A stretch of DNA of 64,000 bases from Blepharisma stoltei ATCC 30299 (taxonomy: Eukaryota > Protista > Ciliophora). Positions 1 through 11,697 of this stretch are shown here, piece by piece. Within the stretch, counting starts at the first letter, position 1. Each line of letters starts with the position of its first letter. The stretch covers positions 868,001 to 932,000 of the forward strand of contig CBFDEM010000013.1 of the NCBI GenBank assembly GCA_965603825.1, in the 5' to 3' direction. The notes beneath the pieces were generated by a model. That model was given only the letters and a program-made list of their open reading frames with translations. It was not told the DNA's origin and made no database searches. The position numbers were made by a program, and so were the translations under genes.

Positions 1-251
1 GATCTGTCAGTGCCTATTTTTTGGCATCTTTTTCCATTACGTTCAGCAGGAATTTTAATTGGACTTATTTCTCTAAGAATAAAAGTTTTTCCAGCTGTTT
101 TTTTGAATTCTTGAGATATTTCATTTTGCGAGTTGCGGCGCTGTTCATAAAAATTTGAATTATTTACTGTCTGGATTGCTCTGGTAGCTAGATTTGGGAG
201 AACCTTTATATGAGACTCTATTGCTTGATGAATTTGAGAATCAAGAGACAT
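1..251 (-). CDS. hypothetical protein, 5' part (runs off window)
   Basis: ATG at 251 after an AT-rich leader; open frame MSLDSQIHQAIESHIKVLPNLATRAIQ... to the window edge. Confidence 0.6.
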   Translation of the reverse strand, partial: MSLDSQIHQAIESHIKVLPNLATRAIQTVNNSNFYEQRRNSQNEISQEFKKTAGKTFILREISPIKIPAERNGKRCQKIGTDR

Positions 252-276
252 TTTAATTTAATTAAATAACAAAAAA

Positions 277-1038
277 TTATGGTAGTGGGCCTAAATATCC
301 AGGCTCTCCAGGTCTTAATCTGTGAGATTTGCTGTACTGTGGATCAAAAACTTGAAGATTAGGATACTTAATTTCTTGGCTCCCAGGCTCTTGTTTTATT
401 GCTTCATAGCTCTGGTGTGATGGGTCAGTTGTATGCTGCACTTTTTCATATATGACATCTCCTTGTCTAATCAAAGCTGGCTCTATAGGCTTATCAAAAG
501 ACGCCTGAGGGATTTTGTCAGACTCTTGAAGGTTGCTTCCTAAATTCTGCTCATGCTGCGGCCTAGCTGGCGTACTTTGAATTTGTGTAAACCCCTGGTC
601 ATATTCAGGCTTAATATATCCAAATTGATAAAATCCTCCTTCAGCTGCTCCGTGTTGTAAATTAACTGGATAATACACAAATCTCAAAAATACCTGCCCA
701 GCATTTTTTTCTTGAAAATTTATCGCAAACCATCCTTCAAAATTTTTCATAAGAAATATATTTGCGAGTGGGATTTTTGCGTTGCCGATTTCTTCATCAC
801 CTTTTATAGGTCTTCTGTCCCATATAGAAACTTCAAGAGAGTCCTCATTTGTTACCAAAAAATTAAATTGCTCTTTTCAATTAGGGAATTTTCCGGCATT
901 TATATCAATATTTGAGCATAAAGTTTGTTTCCCGACTTTTATCATACAGTAAGGATCCATCGTGCCAAATGTTTCGACGTCTCTGACAAGCTTGGCGCTT
1001 GCAGGGTGTACAACTAAGATTCCTGATTGATTTGCCAT
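277..1038 (-). CDS. C2-domain protein (UGA=Trp at 877-879)
   Basis: ORFs 877..1071 and 277..858 join in frame through TGA: GKFPN-W-KEQFNF aligns with paralog GKVPNWNEQLNF; C2 motifs MDPYC, WDRRPIKGDEEIG. Confidence 0.88.
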
Positions 1039-1101
1039 TTTAATTAAAAAATTATGAGCCAACCAATTCATTTTTTTGTCAGATTTTAATTAAGCTATTA
1101 G

Positions 1102-1668
1102 TTAATCTGTTTTGCGCCTCTCAAATTTTAGAAGTGGATCTGTATCTGTTAATCCACCTGAAAATTCTTCTAGCTGAGCTTTAGTCTCGTGCTTTGGGGG
1201 TAGTGTAAAATCGTGCAATGGATGGGTTTCTTTTTCATGCTCAAAACCAATCAGCTTTGGCTCAATATTTCCTATTTTTGAAGGAAACTCTTGAGAGCCA
1301 GGACTAAATTTCATATAAATTCTAATCTGCCCAGCATTTTCGTTTTCATGATATATTCCGATTCAGTCTTCTAAAATATTTGTAGTAAAAATATTTTCTA
1401 AAGGAATTGTGGCACTTCCTATTTCTTGGTCGCCTTTAATTGTCCTCCTATCAATTACTGTAAGCTTTATATGGTTCTCACCAGAAATTTTAAATATGAA
1501 TTCATCACTCCAATGAGGGTTAGTCCCCCCGCTCTCACAGACTTTTGTGCTGAATATTTGATCATCAATTTTAATTTCACAGTAGGGACTCATAATTCCA
1601 AGCATTTCTACATCTCGTACTAATTTTGCACTTATAGGCTTTATATATAAAATACCAGATTTTTCCAT
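1102..1668 (-). CDS. C2-domain protein (UGA=Trp at 1363-1365)
   Basis: ILED-W-IGIYHENENAGQIRIYMKF joins two ORFs in frame; aligns with paralog FEDWVDLIHKGSVAGQIRL. Confidence 0.88.
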
Positions 1669-1823
1669 ATTATTTTTATGGAAAATTTGAATTTCTACAA
1701 TAGTTAATTTTCTGTTAAGCTTTATTAAATAAACAAATGTGAGAAGTAGCTTATAATTTATATTAAAATCTGCAAATTCAATCTGATAATTTAAATAAAT
1801 TAATCGTTTTTAATTAAAAAGAT

Positions 1824-2270
1824 CTAATATCCTTGCTGAGGAAGATGCTGCCCCATTCCTTGTTGGCCAACACCCTGTCCTGCACCCAGAAATTCTTCAT
1901 TGAACACTATCTGAAGTCTAATTTGGCCTGCCACACTTCCTTTATGAATCAAATCAACCCAGTCTTCAAACTGCTTCATGCTAATCACATTCATTAATGG
2001 AAGAGTTGCAGCGCCAAGTTCTTTATCTTTTGCCAGAGTTCTTTTGTCATAAACTAGAATATGGATTTGGTCCTCCCCAGACACTGAGAAGTTCAGCTGC
2101 TCATTCCAATTAGGGACCTTTCCGCCATTTTTGCAATAATTCGTTTTCTGCTCTTGTGGGCCAACTCTGATTAGCACATATGGATCCATTGTTCCTGTTG
2201 CCTTGTCCTTAATTAGCTTTGCGCTAATTGGTCTAACGATAAGGTTTCCGCGACGCAATTGCTGAGCCAT
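1824..2270 (-). CDS. C2-domain protein with G/Q-rich tail
   Basis: MDPYVLIRVG...PNWNEQLNF...YDKRTLAKDKELG; start placed at MAQQ by analogy to paralogs. Confidence 0.9.
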   Translation of the reverse strand: MAQQLRRGNLIVRPISAKLIKDKATGTMDPYVLIRVGPQEQKTNYCKNGGKVPNWNEQLNFSVSGEDQIHILVYDKRTLAKDKELGAATLPLMNVISMKQFEDWVDLIHKGSVAGQIRLQIVFNEEFLGAGQGVGQQGMGQHLPQQGY

Positions 2271-2649
2271 TTTATATTTATAAATTATAGGCCATTGTTT
2301 GCAAAAAATGGACATTTTCCAATCTGATAAGGAGAAATTAAAATAATGTGGTGAAGAAGTAAAGCGCTTTAGAATTTTTTATCAAAGGCAATTTTGAAAA
2401 GAAGTGCTTATTTAATTTGAGGAAATCGAATAAAAATTGTATAAGATGATTATATTTTTTGAAAAATGATATTTTCTTTAAAAATGAAGATTTGAAAGCT
2501 CATTTTTTTAAGCTTTTTTATCAAATTTACTCAAAAATTTAAAGGATTATATACATTCTTTTATAGCTTAAATTTTAGATAGTTCCTTTATTTATATTAA
2601 ATTATTCCACATAAAATCTGCCTAAAAATATAATCAATTTATTTCATAA

Positions 2650-3771
2650 ATGTCAGAGAAACCCAACTTTCGGCAACGAGCCATATCAGACCACGATATT
2701 CCTTCAAATTCTTCCCACCCCATCCGCATGCGCATATGTGAAGCCAATTTCGAAATAAATATCGCGACCCTCGGCTCTCAGCACCCTTACGTCCGTATCT
2801 TTTACGGAAACAACAAATGAAGAACCGAAGTCGCAAAAAATTCAGGAAAAACCCCAAAATGAGATATCGAGTACAAACTGGACCTTGAAGGCGACACAAT
2901 CCAAGTCGTAGTTTTCCACAAAGGCTTTTTCTTTTCAGACCCAGAAATAGGCAGATGCACCATTTGCTTAAGTGAAGTTGTACAAGGCCATCTCGTCGAA
3001 TGGTGAAATTTAACAACCCCAGCTGGCAGCCACGCTGGGGCAATTTTAATAGCTTTTGAAATCCCTGATAAAAGGATCCCAGATATAGCAGTCTCTATGT
3101 GGACAACTCATAACGCAAACAGCTCATGAGATGTAAGAGCCTGCAGGGCTTCTCCTATGGAGTGGAAGGTAAGGAAACAAAAAAACTCAAAATTCAAGCC
3201 GCAGCTGACACAAAGGACTCCAGACCGAAAATTTATGCATTTTTCGACAGAGCCAGATGAAGTGTATGATTTAGACCAAATAAAAACGGATTTGTCTGAA
3301 GAAAATGAAAGACTGAGAGCGCAAGAACTTAAGGTAAAGAAATTGTTTGCAAAACTAAAGGGGGAAAGTATTGCGCTAAAAGATGAGAAAATTGAGCTCA
3401 GGAAATGCAAAGAAATGCTGCAGGAAAAAGAAGAAAAAATTCTGCAGGATAAAAATGCGCTAGCGAATGAGAAATTGATGATAATGAAAGAAAAAGAAGA
3501 AATAGAAAAACTCAAGCTTCAGTTAAACCAGGATTATACTAAGCTTAAACAAGATAAATTAAAAATCTGCGCCCATAGGAAAGTCCTTGAAAAAAGGAGC
3601 AAAAAGATTTTTGAGACTATGAGACACATAGAGCGACACAAAGAAATGATCGAAAATTCTCCAAGCAAAATCAAAAATAAAGAAGACGGGTCTATTGATG
3701 ATGCTGAGCTTGACCAAGAACTGGACGACTATGACGTCGACATCAGTGATGGAGAGCTATATGAGCTTTAA
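2650..3771 (+). CDS. C2-domain plus coiled-coil protein (4 UGA=Trp: 2818, 2860, 3004, 3127)
   Basis: ATG 2650 is in frame with ORF 3157..3771; QHPYVRIFYGNNK-W-RTEVAKNSGKTPK-W-DIE and VVFHKGFFFSDPEIGRC are C2-like; K/E-rich coiled coil follows. Confidence 0.85.
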
Positions 3772-3798
3772 AGTATGTAAACTTAATGATAATAATAA

Positions 3799-4887
3799 AT
3801 GATTGCCATCATTCTATTGCTTAATATTGTAGCTTCTGAGGACCCAGCAGCATGTCCAAAGTACAAATGCAAGACCAAGGACATTAAGTTTCCTGACGCC
3901 AGCGTCTGTATGCTCTATAACTCTAACGACACTACATATTACGTCAGCTCATGTGACCATGGGTATTATTGTGCAGCTCTTCTAGAAGAAAAAAGCGCCA
4001 GCTGCACGAAGCCACTGCCTCCATCTCCTAATACAAAATTACCTGGGGAAAGCTGCTTTTATGCAGAAGACTGCTATTTAAATAGCACCTGCATTTCTGG
4101 GTATTGCAAAGGAGTCCAAGAAAGCAATTACTGCTATAGCCACGAAGACTGTGATGTAGGGCTCAGGTGTAATGAAAATAAATGCAAAACACAAATTCCA
4201 GCTGAAAGCAAAGGCTGCATTGATGACTCAGACTGTGTTAATAATGCTGGCTGTGATATCCAAGACTTAACTGATCCGTCAGTCAATATCTGCAAGAATT
4301 ATTTCACAATTGAAAATTATCAGTCAGTTAACCTGAATTGCACAACTGACGGACAAATAAATTACATGTGCGATTCTGGATTTTGTATCCAGCAAACTGA
4401 GAATTCAATTCCTCAATGCTACCCAGCCCCAAAGTCAAGCAAAAAAATTCCAACTCTTTGTGCATCCCATAATGATTGCATATCTAAAACAGACGGGGAG
4501 TTAAATTTGAATTTTACTAGTGAATGTCTCTGTGGGCTTAATCAAAAAGGAAATAGATATTGTGACGTTTTCCCTGGGGACAGCCCTTATGTCAATTATG
4601 CAAAAATAATCCAGTCGTGGGTGAAGAGTAAGGCTATATTAAAATGCAATACATATGCAAGGTTCAGTGTAAACTGTATGGAAACTTGGTGGGATAAAAA
4701 GAAAATGGATGAGCTTATATATTATGATTATTATGTAGACGTCTATTCTTTGATTCATGAAGCGGAGGATTGCGTGGTTGAGGCTTATTTTTCAAGCTAT
4801 TGGGAAGCTAAAAAGGCGTATGATAAGGAAAGCTTGGCTAGTGTTTTAGGGGTTACAGCATGGATGCTTTATGCAATAGATTTTTAA
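3799..4887 (+). CDS. Cys-rich secreted/GPI-anchored surface protein
   Basis: N-terminal hydrophobic signal, repeated CxxxxDC motifs, hydrophobic C-terminal tail. Confidence 0.8.
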   Translation: MIAIILLLNIVASEDPAACPKYKCKTKDIKFPDASVCMLYNSNDTTYYVSSCDHGYYCAALLEEKSASCTKPLPPSPNTKLPGESCFYAEDCYLNSTCISGYCKGVQESNYCYSHEDCDVGLRCNENKCKTQIPAESKGCIDDSDCVNNAGCDIQDLTDPSVNICKNYFTIENYQSVNLNCTTDGQINYMCDSGFCIQQTENSIPQCYPAPKSSKKIPTLCASHNDCISKTDGELNLNFTSECLCGLNQKGNRYCDVFPGDSPYVNYAKIIQSWVKSKAILKCNTYARFSVNCMETWWDKKKMDELIYYDYYVDVYSLIHEAEDCVVEAYFSSYWEAKKAYDKESLASVLGVTAWMLYAIDF

Positions 4888-5336
4888 GTAATAGATTGAG
4901 TTTAATCTAATAAAAGGATTATTCTATTTATTAATCGGATAATTATATTATAGTTTTTAATAATAGCCATTTTAAGTTTATTCATTTTATAGGAATTCCA
5001 TAGATGATAATTAAATAAAACTAATAATATTCTCAGCGTATAGAAAAATAGTAGTTAAAAATTATATAAATAAGATTATGTAGCTTTAAGGATTATGGTA
5101 AAAATCAAAGATAAAAAAATTAAATAGTTCTCTTTTCAATGTGGCAAGCTCAGAAAATTATTATTTTTCTCAAAATCCTAGGCCATCTCCAAATTTCCTA
5201 GTCATATCTGTCCTTCTCTACTTCTATCCCCTAAAACCGCTTTAAAATTCAAATCTCATCCTAAAAACCAATAATAAAGATTTATATTATTCAATCAGTT
5301 TCTTTAAAACCATTCTAAAAATAAATCTAATAAACA

Positions 5337-7736
5337 ATGCTCACACAATCTGCATTAACAAGCTTTCAAGCAAACTCAAAAAGCGCCTTCAGCAATGATG
5401 GGCAGCTAACAGACCGTACTCGTGAGCTCCGTCGCGAAATAAAAGAAGTCCTTGATTTTGAATATGATCATCATGTCCTCGAAGTCAAAAGACATCGCTC
5501 ATTTTTCTCAAATAAAGAGCAGACTACACTGAAAAGGCAGCTTGACAAGCTGATATCGTCAAATAAAGAAAAAAGGAGAACTTTGCGAAAACTTGTGATG
5601 GAGACAAGAAATTATGACCCTTTTGCAAGTGATTTCTCAACCTGCAAACTTTTTAACGAAGGCTCTTTTACTGAGAGAGCATCAATAGTATCAAGCATAA
5701 TCGCCCCATCACGCGAAGATATCATAGAAAAAATCGAAAGATACAACCAAAAAATCGAAGAAGCAGAACAAGAAAAATTAAAAATTGAGTGTGTCCTAAC
5801 AAAAGAAAAAGAAGGAAATCTAATATGGAAAGAAAGAATCCAGCAGCTCAGCGAAATGCACAGAAGGGTGACTAAAAGCCACGAAATTTCGCTGATTTCT
5901 AAACAAAGAGCTATTAACAACCTCATTTTAGGGCAAAATGAGACGATTCTCTATAAGCAAGAAATGTCGAGGCGTCAAGAAGAATACGTCCAAGTCTATA
6001 CTGAGCAGCGCAAAAGATACGATGAAATTCAAGAAGAAATTGACAATATCGTCACAAATATCAGTGGAAATGCTATAAAACAGGCTGAAAGAAGACGGGA
6101 AATAACCACTATGATTGACAAGCTTGAAAAGCAGCTGAGAAGGCATGAAAAAGAAATAAGGGAAAAAGAGAGGCTGGAAAACGCTTATCAGAGCTACCAG
6201 GAGCAGCTCAGTATAATTAATGAAGTCTTAGAAAGATATGACAGAGACACTTTTGACTGTCTTGACGAGGAATCTTTGACTGGGATTATTGATATGTATA
6301 AGTTCTTGATTTATCAAGAAACGTCACTGAGCTCAAGATTCCAAGAGCTGACTCTGGATTTTTTAGCACTGCAAAAGCGCTATGAAGTATTAGATGGGGA
6401 GTTGCAGGTGTTAAAGACTAATAATGATGAATTTGGAGGTCAAGAAACAAATTTACCGAATACGTTTAATATGATGAAATTTTCATTAGAGGATAATTTA
6501 TCGTCAAAAAATGACTATACTGAAGAGTCAGAGATGCTTATTTTGAAACTTTATTTGATTATTATGAATCTTGCGATACTGTCTATTAACTCTATGAGGA
6601 CTATTAATGAAAGATGCCCGAGATTAGGGCTTGATAAAGAGCCGGAGTATATGGAAGCTGCTTCTACTATAGAAGAGCTGCAAAAAGGGTTTTTGAAGAA
6701 GCGGGAAAGCTCAATCACAAAATCTCCTGTCATCCCAAAGCTGTATAAAACTGAATTTTTTGACCAATATCAAGAGAATTTTTCAATAGAAAATTTCAAG
6801 AAAAATGTAATGCCATATATTTCTCTAAAAAAAACAGAAATAATTTCCTGCTTTAAAAAAGCGTTCAAAGACAACGAAGATTCCAAGCTTTTTGCGAATT
6901 TAATTAAAGAACAGCCTATGATTTTGTATTTCACAAATTCAAAAATCCTTGACAATTATCTGAATAATAAGAATAAAGAGCCAGCTCAAGGCTCTCTGCA
7001 TGCATTTTTAGATATAATTGAGCTGATTTCTACAGGCCATATGCTGTATCAGCATCAGTTTATGCGGCTGAGCTCGGTTATTTCTCCATTAATTTTAAGC
7101 TTGAATTCTAAGCGTGTATATGAGCTAGAAGAGCTTGAGATGTTACTGTCTAAAATCCAAGAAATAAATCATGAGCCAAGGGCTGAAGAACCCTCACAAG
7201 TCAGAAGAGTTACTAGAATTCCAACAATAATTAAAGAAAGGACTGTCAATAAATTTATCCCTGTCGAAGAAAATGAGGTAGACTCTCCAGTGGTATATAA
7301 AATAGTCGAGCCTTCGAGGTCACAAGAAAAACTAAATGTAAGGCTGACTGATGAAGAAGCGGCAATAAAGCGAATGAAAAGCATATTGCCAAAGCCGATT
7401 ATGGAAAAAGTAAATAAGTCATATGGGTCTGATGAGAATGAGAGGGTGCTTGAGGGGACAATTAATGTCAAAGACATAAGGAAAAACTTGTCGCAGTTTT
7501 CGCCAAGAAACATCCTTTATGAAGTCAAAGATATTGAGAGGAAAATAAAGAGGGTGAAAACTGCTGAAAAGAAGGCTGGAAATAGAAATAAAGCAAATTT
7601 AATTGATGTCCCGCTGCAGTTTAGGTTTTATAGCAAACCCTGGGGGTTAATACAGAAAGCGCTGAACAGCAGAGATATTAGTAAAGATAACACTAGGCCT
7701 TCGACACAGCACAAGACAGCGAGGACTTCTAATTAG
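5337..7736 (+). CDS. coiled-coil protein of unknown function (799 aa)
   Basis: long uninterrupted ORF with E/K/Q-rich heptads. Confidence 0.8.
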   Translation: MLTQSALTSFQANSKSAFSNDGQLTDRTRELRREIKEVLDFEYDHHVLEVKRHRSFFSNKEQTTLKRQLDKLISSNKEKRRTLRKLVMETRNYDPFASDFSTCKLFNEGSFTERASIVSSIIAPSREDIIEKIERYNQKIEEAEQEKLKIECVLTKEKEGNLIWKERIQQLSEMHRRVTKSHEISLISKQRAINNLILGQNETILYKQEMSRRQEEYVQVYTEQRKRYDEIQEEIDNIVTNISGNAIKQAERRREITTMIDKLEKQLRRHEKEIREKERLENAYQSYQEQLSIINEVLERYDRDTFDCLDEESLTGIIDMYKFLIYQETSLSSRFQELTLDFLALQKRYEVLDGELQVLKTNNDEFGGQETNLPNTFNMMKFSLEDNLSSKNDYTEESEMLILKLYLIIMNLAILSINSMRTINERCPRLGLDKEPEYMEAASTIEELQKGFLKKRESSITKSPVIPKLYKTEFFDQYQENFSIENFKKNVMPYISLKKTEIISCFKKAFKDNEDSKLFANLIKEQPMILYFTNSKILDNYLNNKNKEPAQGSLHAFLDIIELISTGHMLYQHQFMRLSSVISPLILSLNSKRVYELEELEMLLSKIQEINHEPRAEEPSQVRRVTRIPTIIKERTVNKFIPVEENEVDSPVVYKIVEPSRSQEKLNVRLTDEEAAIKRMKSILPKPIMEKVNKSYGSDENERVLEGTINVKDIRKNLSQFSPRNILYEVKDIERKIKRVKTAEKKAGNRNKANLIDVPLQFRFYSKPWGLIQKALNSRDISKDNTRPSTQHKTARTSN

Positions 7737-7991
7737 TATTGATAAAGTATTATATGAATAAATTTCCTTAAATCTTTTTATTAAAAAAAACCCTTTTTAA
7801 TCTTCAAAAAGGTTTATTATAGCTCAAAAAAATGATAGAATATTTTATTGACTCTATGTTGCAAAATAAAATCTTATTTAAACAATTTGTCTTTATTTTG
7901 CATCCCTAAAACCTTTATATTCACTCTTCTATATAATTTTTTTTCTTGTTCCTAAAGCTTCAATACATTTTATTTTAAATCTCATATTTAA

Positions 7992-10409
7992 ATGCTAACT
8001 TCAACCTCATCTCCTACACGGTCGTTTTATGATCCGCCAGACCCTTACAATCCTGCTATTGTTGATGACCTTCTCCGTGGCGCCAATGACTGGAGGAACA
8101 TTCAAGACATCGTTCGCCTCACTTTCAAAGCTCTCAGTGACACAGTCAGAGCACAAGGCCAAGCTCTCAAAGAAATCGAGCGTCAAATGCCATCTCGCCT
8201 TACCCGCTCTGAATTCCACTCCGCGCTTGCCCAAAAAGCTGATTTTACTACAGTTTCTGAACAAATAGCTGATTTACGGACTTCTTTAGAAAACAGAAGC
8301 ACTTTTATAGAGCTCCAAGCCAGAATTGATGACAAAGTCTCTCATAGTGAACTCAGCTATCTTCTAAGCACAAAAGCATCAATTGATGACTTAAACGTAA
8401 TTGCAGACGCAAAAATATCAGCCAATGAGATGAAATCAACTGTTCACGATATTTATTCAAGGCTAGAGTTTATTCAATCAGAGATAAATCGTCAAATTCA
8501 AGCATTGCCAACAATGAAAGACTTAGAAGAGCTCAGTTTTGAGGTCAAAGGAAAAGCAGGCATAAAAGATGTAGAAGACATGCTGAAGTTTTTAGATGAC
8601 AAGCAGACCTCAACTGTGGGGAAAAAAGCTAATAGGAATGATGTGGACAGTGCACTTAGCAGAAAAGCAGACTTAGCAGACATCAAAAAGATCATGGGAG
8701 CACTAGAGACGAAAGCAGAACAGGAATGTGTAGAACAAATCCAGGCTGCTCTTGACGACAAAGTTGACAGAGGCGAGCTCAATCAAGTAATTATTAGAGA
8801 CATAAGCCAAAAAGCAGACAGAAGAGAAATCGACGCTTTACAAGAGTTCACGAGGGAAATCAAAAGAGACCTAGAAACCAGGGTTTCTGACGCCAGCATC
8901 AACATTGAATCCTATTTCAAATCCCTCAAGAACGAAACTGAACAAATAAGAACTTCCTTTGCCACAAGCCTCGGCAACAAAGCAGATGTCAGAGAAATTG
9001 ACAAAATCCTTACAGGTCTGCACAGAAAAGCAGAAACAGACCACGTCAACGACTGGATTAATCTCGCTAAAAAAGAGTTCAGTGAGCAGCTAAATGCTAA
9101 GACCTCAGAGCTGAAAGCCCAACTCAGGAACCATGAAGAAGCCATTTTTGAAAAAACCACAAATAACGAGCAAGCTTCTAAAAGCCTAGACCATGACGTA
9201 AAAAATATAAAAGACCAGCTCAAAGCGCTCCTCGAGGAAAAAAAAATCGATAAAGACGAAAACTTAAAATTCGTGAAAAATTCGATTTCGCAAAGCAAAA
9301 GCGAAATTAATGCAGATATTCACACAATTTCTGAAGAAATAGATAGGATTATGAGGACTATAGAAGAAATAAACTCAGTGAAGTCTTCAAAAGACGAACT
9401 GAGTGATTTATATGACCAAATATCAGCAAGGATGGAAGAGAAAGCTGACCACAGCGACTTAGACAAAATTGTTTCAAATGCTCAGAGGGATTCTTTGAAC
9501 TCAGTGCAGTCCTTAAAAGATGATTTTAGGGTCAAGGTGTCTCGGCTGGAAAATGAAATTTACTCAAAACTTGACCAAAAAGTGTCCATGGCTGAACTTC
9601 ATACCTATTTAAGCGAAAAAGTCGACGTATCTCAAGTAAACCGGCTTATAGGCTCCAAAGCTTCTCAAGACGAAATCACCACAGTCCGACGTGAAATAGA
9701 ACGAATCTTCCAAGAGCTTAAACTCCGCGCTCTCAAAGAAGATATGGAGCATCATATTTTGACTACGAAAAACGCCTTAGAAGAAGTAGGAAAAGACATG
9801 CTTCTAAAAGCCAGCATAAAAGATATTTGCACCTTATTAGACATGAAGGCAAGCGTAGAAGACGTAAACCAAGCCCTTATGGACATCCACAAAGAGCTAG
9901 ACACCAAGGCAAACCATCAAGAAGTCGTCGAACATATGAACGAGCAGTCATTAATTAATGAAGCCTTGTGCAGCGAAAATACAGTAGGAAGATGGATATG
10001 GAAAAGCAGCGAGGTCAAGAACGGCTTTGCGATTCCCTGGGAAATTCAGAGTGTTAACACTTGTCCAGAAAATTTCTTGTGGGAGCCTGAAGGGACTAAT
10101 TTAATTGTGGTGGCGCCAGGGCTGTATGAGGTGATGTTTGGGTTTTATTCAAAAAAGAAGCCAACGGTACAGCTGCTGGTAAACGGAGAACCGATATTGT
10201 CTGCAGTGAATAATGCATCGTAAGGAATATTTAGATATGTAATACACCATAGCAGTGGACGGCTAAAAGGGGTAAATTCTCATGCGTCAGGAAATATTAC
10301 AGGGCTGACCTTGATTGACTTCTTAGCATTGCCAGCAAGATCAAGGCTCTCAATTTCGTATACAGGAGACTCAAACGCAGAAGGATTCTTTGGATTGAGG
10401 AAGCTTTAG
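7992..10409 (+). CDS. repetitive coiled-coil protein (KA[D/N] repeats) with C-terminal beta-rich (C1q/TNF-like) domain; one 15-nt intron
   Basis: join(7992..10219,10235..10409); splicing gives AVNNAS-YVIHHSSGRLK...LTLIDFLALPARSRLSISY...GLRKL*; APGLYEVMFGF motif. Confidence 0.85.
10220..10234 (+). other. 15-nt spliceosomal intron GTAAGGAATATTTAG
   Basis: GT..AG with A at -6; removal eliminates an in-frame TAA and extends the ORF. Confidence 0.88.
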
Positions 10410-10451
10410 AATTTAAAATAATTTAAAAGATAATCAGTAATCTTAGATTAT

Positions 10452-11661
10452 CTAAAAGTTAAAAATGATTGCAAGAAGATTTAATGCGATCAATGATAGC
10501 ACTGAGCTGCTGTCATTTTTATATCCATCAATTGCCCTAGCCAGCCCTACTCTATAGTTATCCATATCAAAAGTAATATAAAACCTTCTAATAAAGACAT
10601 CTCCTAGCAGCCAGCTTTCTTGTTCCTGATGACTTAAGGGCACTAAATAAGATCCACTAATAGGATAAAAGTAATCTTGAGATTCTAAAGTATATTCTTT
10701 CCCATTTACCACAAATGTAAGTTTTGGATAATCGCTGCTCGGTTTATTAAAACAAATAACAAAATTTTCATTGTCAGGATAATACTGACATCCATGCTTT
10801 TTCACCAGATCATTTTGTATGCTGTTAACTGTGTCAGAAGGTCCAAAAATAAAGCTACTCCCTGTATCAATAATTGCTGGGATATTAATATTTAAAGTAT
10901 GGTCTCCGAATTTGACACTTTCACACATAATTTCCCAATAGCCAGGGTTGACAGCTGTGTCGTTAATTATGCTCACATAAGTGAACTCTTTTTGGGTTGA
11001 ATACGTAGCGAGGTCTGAGCCATCAATCATAAGATTTGATTGCGGTCTTTTTCCAAGCCAATTCAAGAAAAAGGAAAATTGGCGGTTTTTGATTTTTCCT
11101 TGCTTTTGAAGCTGAGTTACTAAGGATGGGTAGTCTTCCAGTCGGTCCAGAGCGAAACCTACTGAGCCGTCAGCTCTGTAGTTGTCATTGTCTTCTTCAT
11201 TATTAGCTAGCAGAAAAGCATAATCGGTTGCATTAATTGAAGAAGAGTCTCCTATCGCCACTGTATCTGTTACCATTTCTCCAGAAATTTCGCCTTTGAG
11301 GTAAGTAATAGTCTTATTGACTCCAAGGCTTTTGTAAGTGGTTGAGTTCGAAGGAGAAAAAGTATTGTTGCATTTGTGGCATGTGGTGCAGCCTTTTTCA
11401 ATAACCCAAAGAATAGTGCTGCTTGTATCAAAGAGGCATGAGAAAGATTGCGCTGGGGTGCCTATAGAAATCATGCCGTAATATTGTGCCTAGGTAGAAA
11501 GTTACATTCTGATAATTTGTGATTGTTGAAGAGCTTCCTCCAAGAGATTTTTCGATAGATTTATAATGCATTCAAAACTCTTCATACGAAGAATATGGAG
11601 ATTTGAGATCTATTGATATAAGAGAGAAAACGAATGGGAGAGAAAACAAAAGGAAAAGCAT
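10452..11661 (-). CDS. pepsin-family (A1) aspartic protease 1, signal peptide and GPI-like tail; first motif DTS
   Basis: join(11661..11506,11489..10452); UGA=Trp at 11572-11574; motifs FDTSS and IDTGS, WLLGDVFIR. Confidence 0.9.
11490..11505 (-). other. 16-nt intron GTAACTTTCTACCTAG
   Basis: joins NYQN|AQYYG; same position as the introns of the three paralogs. Confidence 0.88.
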
Positions 11662-11697
11662 TTTTTCTGTATTATTAGATATTTATTAGATGCGAAA

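Noticed and set aside
2639-3515. Minus-strand ORFs 2639..3043 and 3108..3515
   Set aside because: Antisense shadows of the plus-strand C2/coiled-coil gene.
5612-9298. Multiple antisense F/S/L-rich ORFs
   Set aside because: Shadows of K/E-rich coiled-coil genes.
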